A stretch of 64,000 nt of DNA, from positions 40,362,001 through 40,426,000 of the forward strand of contig CM060732.1 in the NCBI GenBank assembly GCA_030704615.1. The letters are read 5' to 3'. The notes under the pieces are model-generated. The model was not told the DNA's origin, did no database searches, and saw only the letters and a program-made list of their open reading frames with translations. This document shows, piece after piece, positions 37,001 through 49,771 of the stretch. Every line of letters begins with the position of its first letter. Position 1 is the first letter of the stretch. The translations under genes were made by a program, and so were the position numbers. Source of the DNA: Takakia lepidozioides. Taxonomy: Eukaryota > Plantae > Bryophyta.

Positions 37001-39296
37001 CCTGCAATTTCTAATCTTTTCTTGATGCAGAATTGGGTCTGCACTGTGAAAGTGATATATATGTCTGCTCAGTCTAGTTCTCTCTCTCTAGTAGTCTGTC
37101 TTCCAGGTGCTGTCAGTGTATTAGTTAGTGACATGGGTTGAAGCTATGCTTCCACTTCTTCACCAGGGTGCATCATGTGTCCACAAAATGAGTTGAGTCC
37201 AAAAGTCCTTTCCTGAAAAGTGGTGGGCCATGAACAGGTATAAGCGGGCAGCAAGGGCGTTGGAGAGGGGAGATGAAGCTCTTGCAAAAGAGGCGTTGAA
37301 AAGACGAAAAGCTTTTGCGGTTTGTCATTGTATCCTTCTTTGTTCTTAAAATCTGTGTTGCATACACTTGCTACAACTGGCAGCATGACACCTTCTAGAA
37401 ACCCCATATGAGGTTCCCACACTCAAAAGGCTTTGTGTAGATTGATAGGATTCTGGGTTTGGGAATCGGGACAGAGACCAGGAGCAAGTAGATGGATTCT
37501 CCTCATCAGTGCAATTGTCTTAGGTTCATGATCAAGACTGTATGGGATGTAACTCCTCCTCGATGGGTGAGAATCTTTATTACTGAGAAGTCTTGTTAGG
37601 TGTTAAATTGATTGAGCTTGTCTAGCTGTTGCCAAAACAATGTATTACGGCAAATTAGAGTCATAGATGGGTCCCTGCCACAACATTGTTGAGGAAATAG
37701 TAGCACCCTAGCAATGCAGGGTGTGTATTTCTCTCCTACCAGGGTATCCAGGACTCTGCCTAGATAGCCAATAGCATTCACATGCCCCCAACACCATTCG
37801 GGTCACTGGTACGGGGTATTTGATGTACGAGTAGTGTTGAGATCATACTTAGATGAGTTAGGTTGATTCCGGCACTGATCTTATTACCCTCTAGCTTGCA
37901 AGAAGCGCAACAGTGTGGTTGTGCTGCCAGTCAGTTGGTTAAGGGACAGGACGAGAAAGAGGGAGATATGATAAACCTCAAAATCACTATATTTGGTAGT
38001 GTTATATGTTCCATGCACAGAGTATACATAATGCATTGAAAGCATCTGTGTTTCAACAGGATAGTGCTAGGTCGCTGAAGGCACAGCTGGACCAGCAAGC
38101 ATCAGTGTCCGACCGCGTTCTCTCAAGCACCCGGGTTCTAGAGAGCAAGATTTATGAGGCCCGCAACAAAAAGGACTTGTTGAAGGCAAGAGCACAGAGC
38201 GCTAAGACCTCCAAGTATGTGGGTGAAGTGCTAGGATCAGTGGACACCACCAGTGCGCTTTCTGCATACACACGCATGGAGGAGAAAGGTGCCTATCCTC
38301 TCTTGGTAAACTTTGGGGTCGAGAGTTGAGGCTTTGCGTGTTTGAAGGGTACCTCATTGCCACTGGTGTGCCAGAGATTCAAGTCGCAAAGGATGTGTGC
38401 AACATTTAGGCTATCTCCTTTGTCGTACTGTGCCAATAAATTCCCCTTAGTAGCTGTGTGGGTTTTGCACCGAATGCCTGAATCCTGGTTTGTGGTTTTA
38501 CTTGCTGTGGTGATGGGACAGTCGAAAGACTAGAGGCAGAAGCTGATGCCGTCACTCAGCTAGCATATGATGACCTGGGTTCCAAGGTGCACTTCAGACT
38601 ATTGCTTGTTCAGCTAGCTGTTACTTTGGATACCCTGCATATTCTCTCCTTTTTCATTTCTCAACTGTTTCTCCAACTGCAAAAAGGAACCCATGTCCCC
38701 AACTTGTGATCATGATTTTGAGAAGAGCCTCCATCATGGAGGGTTGCCGTCCTCTTGAGCGGGACAGCTCATGACAAGGAATTCCTTCTGCAGCTCACTG
38801 TTTGCTGTGGGTCTGAATTTTCGCTTGATACTATAGCATACTGAACCTATGTTGAAGACTTATTTGGATGGAGCTCTGGACTGCTAGAATGAAGCCTGTA
38901 TGCCACCAAGAATAGACGCCTGAGTTTATGGTCACCAGGTAATTGCAAGCAAGGTCATACAAGTGCCTGTTGGCATAACATGTGTTGAAGTGGTTGCTTC
39001 ATTGAGAAACATCACTATCAGTATACCTTGTAATTTCTGGAGTATCTGAACGGAATGTGTGTTACCATTTGTGATTTTTGTGCTATGTGCTTTTTGGGGA
39101 AGTGATGTAGAGGGATTGAGAGGCTGCTAATTCCGTTGATGAGAAAATCACAGTCTAGAGGTGAGTGAACATAGAATGCTAACACGATATTTTTGTTGGT
39201 AATTTGCAGTTTGCACAATTAGAAGCTGATGTTGACGTGAACGACGACTTGAAAGCCTTGAAAAAAGATCTCCTTGGAGCATCTAGTAACATGCAG
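34019..39296 (+). CDS. VIPP1/IM30/PspA-family protein with transit peptide, divergent; final exon not located
   Basis: [110 protein letters not shown] with GT-AG introns. Confidence 0.88.
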
Positions 39297-42200
39297 GTTT
39301 GTTGTGATCCTTTTGTATAATTTGTCGAGAGATGATGATGCATTGGAAGGTGTAGCTCTTTGTTTGCATGTTTGTTATGGTTATGAGCAGTTATCAGTCT
39401 TGAGCATAGGAACGTTGGTCTTTCAGTGGCGCATCCTTGAAACCTGTGAAAGAAAAAGGACAAGTGGAAGAAAATTCAGTGCTCTAATCATGGTATTAAA
39501 GTGATCATGAATGATGATAGCTACTGGGTTTCCTTCGTAAATGTGTCCAGATAAGTGGGGAGCTCCCACCATGGGAATCCATGCAAGCAAGGAGTCCTGA
39601 CCAGACACAGCCACCTCAAAGTTACCGTCAATTTTGAAGCTATTTGCAAGTGAGCAATCCTTTTTAAGTTGAGACCTGACTGGCTGGGAGCGGTTGGATG
39701 GAGAAAAGCCCATTCAATCCTTTGGAGTTCACCGATGATGTACCAGTAAGCAACAAAAAAGACCAGCAACCCGTGTGTTTTTAAAAAGGGCTGTTTTGTT
39801 TCTGTATGTGGAATTGACTGAAGTACAGAGACTTCCTTAGCAAGGTATAGAGACCCGTAATTTGAGGAGAATGGAATTTGGGAGAGAATAAAGAAGAGAA
39901 TATGTCTGTGATAGGACATCTCGATGGCTAGTTTGTAGTCTTTGAGGCAGCAAAGCTAGCAGGGATGAAAAGTTCACTGCAGGTTAACACATTCCTTCTT
40001 TTGGTAGACCTATTGCACTGGGTCTTGATCACCTTCAGTGGTGCAACTTCCTGGCAGCTCATGCCCATAATTGGGGTAAACAGTACCTGACTTCATGTAG
40101 GGGTGTCCAAAGGGATCTCGTCAAAGACCATTGGCATCATCCAACTGAAGGTAGTGGCAGGATGGAGGCATTGTGTTCTGTTGTCAGTAACTCTTGCGGG
40201 GAATTTGGCATGACAACGTTTCTCTCTCTGTCAGTATCTTGTGGGACGTATGTGCTGTTATTCTCTATAGTGTAATTGGTAGTGGAGGTTGATGAAAAAC
40301 CAGTATTGAGATCAATTCCAGTCCTTGAATCCACTCTCAGATTGAGTATGACTGCATTGTCATTGAGGGTGCGCGCAGACGGGACAGCAATTTCTGGAGG
40401 AACTTCATAGTCTGGTGAGTTCCAACTCCACCACCTCTCTATCAGGATCAGTATCATTTGAGGACCAAATATATTCTAGTGTGGTCTCTTAGAAATCCAG
40501 AGAGTATGCTGATTAAAAAAAGATCTGCAACATGGGTAGCTGAAATTTGTAGGGCCATCATCGGCAGCTCCAAATACAACATGCTTGAGTTCTTTTGTCG
40601 ATGCCTGCACATTTTGATCCACATGGTCCTCATTCTGTTGGTAGCTTGAGCTGCCACTTTTGTCAAACCAGCATTTCAACGGCACACTCATTTCCAACTA
40701 GAGCTTACAAGCAATCAACCCCACGCATGTTTCAGAGCCTACTGTCTGCCCTCCTTGCAAAGCTCATCTCCACATACACAGACAAGCTTCCCTTTTCATC
40801 TTGACATGTATGTATATGGGAAAACAATCACGGCTATAACAAAAATAATAAAACAATACAACATAAATATATATGTTCTTATAATTCTTAATAATTATAA
40901 TTAAATAAATATTCTGGACGAGCCGACTGTTTTGCATCGTCGATTTCAACAACCAATCAAGGAGAAAGTACGGTGAACGCGTTCCCATAATGGCACAATT
41001 CAAATCAGGGCGTTCTCATGCCCGCCATTCGAAAAGACCCGCGTGTGTCGGAATGTGTACGTGGCTGACCTCACATCTGACAGCGGTTTGAATGCACTCC
41101 AATTTACCGCTCCGCACTTGTGAGTAATAACTCCAAAGAGAAATACCGCGACTACATATATCAGCGGCTGTGGGATGGGTTTGACGTTCGTACCCTTATG
41201 GTACGCAAGTACGCAGAGTTTGGACGGTGCAGGGATTTGAGCCCAGGATGTCTGTGCTACGGCGGTACACAATACGGAGATTTATCTCAGGTGGGCATAT
41301 TCGAATAATGACGTAAGGTTTTTGAAAAGTGTTCGGGATCTCAGTCGTGCCGAAAGTAAATAGCAGCGGTAAACGTAAATCTTGTGATAGGGCGGAAGTA
41401 GAGGGAACATTGGGTTCCCAAGAGTTCGAAAGGATTTGGAAACGTACATAAACGTCAATAGTAGATGTCAATTCCTGGTTAATATTTTAATTTTATTTTT
41501 GAGCGACTTGCCAACGTGCATATCAATTTTTATTTTTTATTTTTTATTTATTTTCTTAAGGTGAAAGGGGAGGAAGCCCATATTAACTTTATGCGAATTA
41601 TTGAAGGAAAAAAAATTAAAACCCTTATAGCCTGTAGGCTGGGCATAAGGCCTGAATGGTAAACCAAAACGGAGAATCCGAGGACTGATAATATCAAATT
41701 ACCAATGTGTATACGTGTATATGGGATCAAATATTTGGAATATCCGACACTGGAGGAACATGTTTTTGTATTTAATTATCACCGGACAAGGTAGGCAAGT
41801 GTACCAACAGGTCTCCCTTGCATGCTACCATGGAATTGGCCATTTTCATAAGAGGCATTCTTATTTTTATATTATACTAGGGCTACGCATTGCTCCGCAC
41901 TACTAGTGACGACTTCTGGGAATAATGTTCAAATTTTGCAAAACGTTCACTGTTTACTTCATTTTGATTGGAAATATATTTTAGCAAGAACAGTAAGAAA
42001 AATATAAGAACTTAATGCAGGCATGCATGCGATATGGTATTTTTGCCGAAATCTCCTCTTATGGACGCGTATCAAATCTTTCCCACCTGTCTTACCCCGG
42101 ATTCACTTTAGAATGCAAAAGATTTATTTGATTATTTGATTATTTGGTAAAGTGATGATAAACATGAGGTGCAGGGCTTGACTCTTAATGGGTGATAGTG

Positions 42201-42975
42201 TCACCCCAATCTCTGTCACCCTCGGCATCTACGATTTGTGTCACCCCCTGTCTTGTGTTCTTTCTAATAAATTTTATATTTAGCCAAATTTGGACTTAGT
42301 TAAATTTCCAGACAAGATGTAACTCCAAGTGGGAGTTGTACCGAGTGGAGCCTGTGACCCTCCATTCCGTGTCACTCCGTCACTCTACTGTATCCCATTC
42401 CAATGTCATCTTGTTTCAATCTGTAAGAGGGGGTGGGGAAAATTTGATATGCCAAAATCCCACCTACCGTTCTGTTATAGATCATTAACCCTTAGGGGCC
42501 CGCCATTGGGCAAATTTCAGCCCCCAAAAAAGTAACATATGGTGAGCTAATTGAGGCTAGACACCTACCGTATTTAGATCCAAAAATTGCAACCTTACCA
42601 TATTCACCTTGCCTGCCATGTACATCCCGCCCAGCAAATTGTGGAGAAATTCACCACACGACAAGAGAGATTTTAGTGTTTTAGCGGGGGTTTTCTTGTT
42701 TCTGGATTTTGCAAAGTATGAAACGGGATGATTTTTCCTGCTCCCACCTCCCACATAGAAACGTGCTATGGTATCCTAGCTAAGTACTGTAAGACTTTCA
42801 AGCCAAACAGTTATTATTATTATTAGGGTCCTTTGTATGTGCTTATGGGGGGGTCAAAATGATCTCCATAGCTTAGCAAGTCAAGAAGAGCCAATTGCAA
42901 AAATTACCTCCTTTCTGGGTTTTCTAGAAAATCTACATGTCGGATAATTCATTAAAATTTGTTGTTGTTGTTGTT

Positions 42976-43007
<32 letters not shown>

Positions 43008-43822
43008 GAGAAGAGGCTTAGCCTCAGAACTTTATTTGAATTATTTGAAGGGAAAAGAATTAAAACCCTTTGATGCCCGAAGGCTGCCATAAGGCTTAAC
43101 ACACGACAGGGCGTGACGGATATCCCGATGAACTATGACTGTACTGCAGAACCTTCTAGCTGGAAACAGATTACAAACCGATGACCAAAACTAGTTTCGA
43201 GAAAACAGAAATAACGTGGAACAAGCCCAATGCGTGTAGCCTTCAAGTGGCTATGATGTTACGTTGTGCATAATAGATAAGCATGGGGGACCAATCATTC
43301 CTTGAAGAAGATTTTCCTTGCATAAAACCATTGTAGAAAGTAGAGAAAATCTAAGTGCAGAAGTGGAGAGGAGGGGAGATCTTTCTGTAGAGCGGCTTGG
43401 TCCTTGTGCCAGTCTTCACATGCTTCCAGTTGACATCCGATTTATCAAACTTTGGGGAAGCCGAAGAGGAGGGCTTTGCCATTGAGGGGGGGTTTCCCAG
43501 GCCAGACACAATCTCCTGCTCCCGTGCATGTGCAGATGACGTCGTTTCTGCCCCAAGTGCCCCTGAAGGAACTGATGAGGGCATGCTGCCACTCTGGGTG
43601 TTTGACGATGCCTGCACGCACTTTTTCCCAAGCAAGTTTAGTTGCTATGGTAAGATCAAAAAATATGTTTGTGAGTGTAGCAGTGGCCGTGGAGTTGACA
43701 TTGTCCAAGGACCAGAACATCTGGTTTTTTAGAGATGCCATAGAGTGTATCCCCTCAATGGAGATTGCTTTCAATGTGAGAGGGTGGGCCATGTTGTCAA
43801 ATAAATTAATTGCAGTTGGAAT

Positions 43823-44109
43823 CAGTGTTTTGTTTTTCACTTTTCCAAAATCGCAGGCAGGGCCACATGTAAATTCTACCCAATGCCCATGTGGCGAGAA
43901 TAACAAGGTGACAGAGCTAGAAAAGCGGCTATATAACAAGTATTATATTTTAAGAGGTCCACGTAGGACAAATCTGGCTCCTGATATTTAACCATTGGCG
44001 TTTTCTGGCGATTTTTCTTGATTTTTATTCCCATGATACCTCAGTAAAAGTAGCTGACCCATTTTCCAGATCGAAATTTGGCGATTTTTCGCCAGATTTA
44101 AAAACAGTG
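43823..44109 (-). mobile_element. hAT-type MITE, copy 1
   Basis: CAGTGTTTT-type TIRs, 8-bp TSD GTTGGAAT; homologous to 46330-46606 in inverted orientation. Confidence 0.88.
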
Positions 44110-44200
44110 GTTGGAATCATAAAAACATATTAACATCAGCAAAATACACATAGAAAATCTACTTCCTAGAAACCGGGTTTCGTGGGCCAGTAAGGATTAA

Positions 44201-44484
44201 CCCCTAAACGACGTTTTCTCCCAGGAAAATTTGGGATCATGGATAATTTGCTTGGACAAACATGAACTTTTGCTTTGTTTTTTCCATTTTCAAAAAAATG
44301 CACCGTCTTCAAACTACACGGTGGAATCTCCCCAAATTTGGGGGGCTTGTGCATATGGTAGGTAGGATGCAGTTTGTACGGTTCATCCACGTGGATGAAC
44401 TTTGGTGGGCAGGTAGCCGCTGACGTGTGAGGGTGGGTCCCGGAATTGTCCAAAAACCCAAAAACACCTCTCGTCCTTTAGGGG
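44201..44484. mobile_element. piggyBac-type MITE
   Basis: TTAA|CCCCTAAACGACG...CGTCCTTTAGGGG|TTAA; 12/13 TIR match. Confidence 0.75.
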
Positions 44485-44801
44485 TTAAGTTCATACATTA
44501 TTTCTGGGGTTCTCCATTTTATGCATTGTTTTGCTTTTTTACAATAATTATTATTTTTGGGTATATTTCCAGTATTGATACTCATCTCATTTTTAATATA
44601 ATTTTGTTTGAATTTATGGATGTGTAATTATAATATATTAAGAAATCCCCCCAAAAGAGGCAGTAGCCATTTGGCAAAGTGCTCTTAATTATGCCGGCCG
44701 TCTTCTCTCTCTATTAATAGATCTACATTTTTAATTCTCCAAAATATAGACAAGAGATAGAAATTCAATATTAAGAGTTGACATTTCATTAGCTATTACC
44801 G

Positions 44802-45432
44802 GACATAGGATGGGAGTTTGAATGCGCGCCAGGCTTGCCGGTACGATCCCCGGGCCCACGGTCAAATCCCACCCCAGCTTCCCTCCTCTATGCTTCACGC
44901 CCATCCGAGGGTCCCACGCTCCATGTTCCCACCGCGGCGCTCCTCTATTCCCGCTCCGCCGATCCCCTGTTCCCCGCTGCTCCCCTGTTATTGGAGCGGC
45001 GAAGTAGTAGTAAAACAGGGGAGCAATAGCACAAGAGAGCTGGGAGCAGTAATAGGGGAGCAGTAACACAGGGGAGCGGCGGACACACATGGAACGGGGA
45101 ACAGGGGAGCAACGATTGGAGGGACTTAGATTTTTCTTGGATTTGGAGATGCGACTAATGGTACCTCAGTCAAATCCTTGAACATACTATTTCCATCGCG
45201 CCATGGGCAAAGTCTGAACCCAGCACCCCCACAACAATGGTCATTGCACCCAGCCACCAAGCTACCCATCGCTTTCTTGATATCCCTCAGAATTTTTATG
45301 TTTTGTACTATGATACAGGCAATAACGGCACGGGGGCGTGGGGTGGGGGTTTGATTGCGGGCCCGCCAAGGGTGTCCCCGCTCCGGCGACCCGGCAGGCT
45401 GGCACGCACGCATTCAACTCCCATCCTATGTC
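44802..45432. mobile_element. Non-autonomous TIR element (MITE)
   Basis: ~40-bp TIR starting GACATAGGATGGGAGT; GCTATTACCG repeated on both sides (offset by 11 bp on the right). Confidence 0.7.
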
Positions 45433-46329
45433 TAGTGTGTTCTGCTATTACCGTTATCATAATTATATGTACTAAAGTAATATACTAGAAAGAAAGTGAT
45501 ATTAGACAGAAATTAAGTTTCACTGGATTCTTTATTCCGGGGCAGCCCGGGCAGATTAAGTAAATACGTCATTGCTATGGCATACAAAACGTGTCAAGAT
45601 GACGTGGCACTATGGCACCTTATTCTTGCTCTACACTAAGTTAAAACTATCTCCAGACTCTCAATCTTGTCACTAGAATAATTGCCAGAACTGCGAAAAT
45701 TCCAAGAAGCCTGCCAAACTCGGGAACTGACTTTATGATTTATTCCCGAACTGTCTCTATGATAGAGACATGATGAATAGCATGGGCAATTACGGTAGTT
45801 GTTAGTCGAGTTAAGTTTAATTCATCAGTTATGCCTTCAACCCTGAACTGCCTTTATCCAATCTGGAAGTTTCATCAGTTTTTTGAGGCAGCTACCACAA
45901 ATCATCCATGAATATTAACCTTACATATCTCCCATCTCTATCAGCACACAAAACATAGAGCATTTTATCCTCAGTAGTTAAAGAAGATTACAATGTTTTT
46001 TTGGGGACCAATCAATGAAACCAAAACCTACACCGACCTTTCTAAGTTGCCCATTTCTCCACATATTACATTGGCTTCTAATTTATTTTATTATATAAAC
46101 ATTTCTTTTGTACAAATTAAAAATTCATGCCCATATATACCTAGGTTCCACGACTTGCCATAATGCTTTCAATGCATGGTCACCATTAGTCTAAGGTGAA
46201 TATCATCATATAGGAGTTGGAAAGAATTTGTTGGCATATGGAAACAAGGATGGTGGTACCTACCACAAAATTGCAATATGGGCTCTTTTGTAGTGTGATT
46301 TTGAAGGCTTGAAAGCTCGAATTCCAAAC

Positions 46330-46606
46330 CAGTGTTTTAAAATCTGGCAAAAAATCGCCAGATTTCGACCTGGAAAATGGGTCGGCTACTTTCATAAAGG
46401 AATTTTGGGAGTAAAAATAAAAAAATTCGCCAGAAAGTGCCAATGGTTAATATCAGGAGCCAGAATTTTTCTACGTGGACCTGTCAAAATGCGACACCTG
46501 TTATACAACCACTTTTCTACGCCTACAACCTCGTCGTTTTGGGCACTGGATAAAATTTACATGTAGCCTTTGTGGCGATTTTGGAAAAGTGAAAAAAAAA
46601 ACACTG
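46330..46606 (+). mobile_element. hAT-type MITE, copy 2
   Basis: CAGTGTTTT...AAAACACTG; TSD TTCCAAAC/CTCCAAAC. Confidence 0.85.
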
Positions 46607-48460
46607 CTCCAAACCACCAACAAATGTTTCAGCCATACTTTTACTTTGAGAATTAAGTTTGAAGCTCCTTGATGGACCTTGATTTGTGATAAGGCCCCTA
46701 ATCGTAACCACCAATCTATTCTTGCCACATTCATATCAACACGGTGCAACCTGACTCAGGCTCCATAGGCAGATAAGGGTTAAAAATAAATAAAAATAAA
46801 AAATCAACAAGACGATCTTATATATATATACACATTCTATGGAAGGAAACAAGTTCGGGAATAACCTCATTGGAAGTAACATCGCCATGAGGCGTAAAGC
46901 ATAAGGCTTAAGGAAAGGGGGAGAAGAATGCAATTCCCAAAAAATATCGCGTGGGTACTCAAAGCACCATCCAATTGCCAAAGCTACTGACTGGTGGCCT
47001 TTTTTCCTAGTGTTGGAAGGTTATTTGATTTAGCTACAAAACCCCCAACCCCCGAAGGTTATCAAGAAGGTTATAGGGATATATACCGCGGTTCTAAGAA
47101 CCGGCAAAGGCTTGTAACCACCAGTTACGTAATTTTGAAATAACCGATTTGAAAGTCGTCAAAGATCCGCCAAAGACCCGTAGCCGGGTTATTTGATAAA
47201 AATTGTCGGTGATTCCCACCCAACACTAGTTTTTTTCAGTGTTGTACTGGTATGTCCATTTTGGCATACCACTGTCCTGGTAGGTCCAACTTGGCTGTTG
47301 GGTCCAACTGGTAGGGCCCAGTGTAGATTAGGACTCGCCACACAGTAGGGGTATTTCCAACTGGTAGGGCCCACACTGGAAATACCCCTAGTGTAGGCCC
47401 TACCATCTGCGAACAAAGGGTGTATAGTTGAGGGGTATTGTATGGTTTTTTTTTTTTTTTTTGGATACCCTTGCATTATAATTATAAAAAAAAATGTGGA
47501 CGCATTGCCGAAGCAAGCATAACTTATGGTGTCACTTGCATTACATAATTTTGTAATACGGTTTTTTGTAGACATACCCTATTTTGAATTATAAAAAATA
47601 CAAGATTCTTTTATTAGCACCCAAATTTACTTTAACATATTACATAAAGTCTTACATGCTTCCTAATCTTAATCCTAAACTAGCTCTTAGAGTAAGACAA
47701 ATCGCCACCAGCTCATAACTCCATCCAGCTCATACTTCATCCATAGTCACCTACTTACGTTCATCCACCCAGGGGAATCGTAATGGTGAAGGGAATCCTA
47801 GCTCCACAATGTTTTTTCCCCATATATTCTTTTAAAACAAATTGTAACACAAAGGCAAAGAAGTACCCATATTTTTATAACTATAATTTTTATAATACCA
47901 CAACCTCTTTTTAAAATTAAATATTTGGAATTTTTATTTTTCAAGAGTTTGTTGAACTCTATGTTTTACCGCACAGGGTTTGGAATTCATGCCGAGTGAC
48001 TTCCACTGCAAGTACAATGATATGGTATTCCCCAACATTCATCATACTCCATTCAAAGCTGAAAAAAAAAAAAAAAAACAGATTGAGGGCAACATACAAA
48101 AGATAAAAAAAACAATGCAATCACAAAGCCGATATGCTCAATCTTTGGCGCCCCCCCACATCAAAAGATCCAGCCACAAAAATAAACCCCTCCCAGAGCA
48201 AACACAACATGGCAACTGCTACCCCTCCCATCTGGAAACACTCCCCCTTGAGTTTTGTTCGCAATCGTAGTATTGCTCCGCCAGCTACTCTGCCTAATAT
48301 GGTATCAATTTTGGAACCCTAAGCCCTAAGTTCTACACACGCCAATGGTATAGGAGCTGCATGACACACCGGCCGGGTTGGTTCTAGCATACTCTTACTT
48401 ATACCCTTGCACATACCGTGGCCGACTACTGGCACATACCAATACAACATTGGTTTTTTC

Positions 48461-49771
48461 CAATGTTGGGCGGTTACCCGCCGGGACCTAGGTTAACCGC
48501 CGGTTCAAGTTCAGGTTAACCGGAACCGGGCCTATTCCTAGAGAACCTGACCCGGAACCGGAACCTGCCAATGGGGATCGGCGCAGAACCGAACCGGCGG
48601 TTCCTGTTGGGTGTGAGAACAGGAGAACCGGGGCGCATGGGGATAAAAACAGGTTCCGGTTCTTGACCCCTTGGTGGGGCTGGTGGGCCCAGGGCAAAAC
48701 TTATTTAATGCTCTCAAGCTCCTGAGATCCTGGGTTCAATGCTTGAAGGCCATGAGATTCTATGTTCAATGCTTCAGCGCCATGAGATCTTGGGTTCAAT
48801 CTCCAGCTCCATGATATCTTTGGAGTTTGAATTTCGCAAGCCGCGTCGGGGCGTAGCGACCCCTTGTTGTCGTAAGGTGGAAAAGGGACATAGGGTTTTT
48901 TTGCCAACGGTTTTTGAGAAATGAAAGTGCTGGTGGTGTGTTGCCGCCTCGGTGGTCTGGTGCCGCCCGACGGTTTCCATGCCCAACACTTAGTGCACCA
49001 ACACTCAAGCATGTCGAGGGATCAAAGGTGGATGTGCGTGGGCGTTGTGCCTCTGGACTAGCAACGCTCTCACCTCTCACCACGGGGTGGTACGTGAGGG
49101 GGCAACCCGCGGCGCGCCCGACTCGATCCCAGAGTGTCAACATCCTCCGCATCACCTGAAATTTGGCCCCGGTCCCTTCTACGATCGATTGTGTCCGCCA
49201 TCCCGTATTGGATCAGGTGCAATGGGTCGCTCCTCGCCACGAAACACGGTTTGAGTTGGCCCCATTCAACATGTGGTATTGCCTCCCCATCCAAGAGGGA
49301 GATGGGTCAATGTTTCCTCACGATCGCTAATTAAGTTCATTAATAAAATGTTTGAAGATGCCAATACTTGCCAGGTAGCTGAATAGTACTTTCAACCCGT
49401 AAAATTTTACCCATTTTCTTCTACCAGTTTATTTAGAGTATTTTTGTTTGTTTTTTTGTGTTTAGTGAAAACTAACAAAATCGTTGGATTTTAGTTCAAA
49501 TATGTGAATACACTGCTATTTAATCTACCGGACTGATAAAATATTTTAAATATAATTAAATTAAACAAATATATTTTTAAAATAGAACCGGAACCTAACC
49601 GGAACCGATGGTTTTTATCAGCAACTAACCGGAACCGCCCCCATGTTTAAAAGTTGGATCCGGAACCGGCTCAATAAAAAAAACCGGAACCGGATCCGGA
49701 ACCGTCTCTTGAAATAATTGTGGAACCGGAACCGAAGGTTCCTTCACAAATGCAAGAACCGCCCAACACTG
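48461..49771. mobile_element. Non-autonomous hAT element (1.3 kb)
   Basis: TIR CA(A/G)TGTTGGGCGGTT, 8-bp TSD GTTTTTTC, AACCGG subterminal repeats, internal 30-bp tandem near 48715-48820. Confidence 0.9.

Noticed and set aside
40137-40700. Overlapping minus-strand ORFs downstream of the VIPP1-like gene
   Set aside because: Short, broken and without an identifiable domain
41215-41305. Minus-strand tRNA-like sequence (GGGCTCAAATCCC B-box-like)
   Set aside because: No convincing A-box or cloverleaf; at most a SINE-like relic
43351-43991. Several 95-180 aa ORFs on both strands
   Set aside because: They partly run through a MITE and have no recognisable motif
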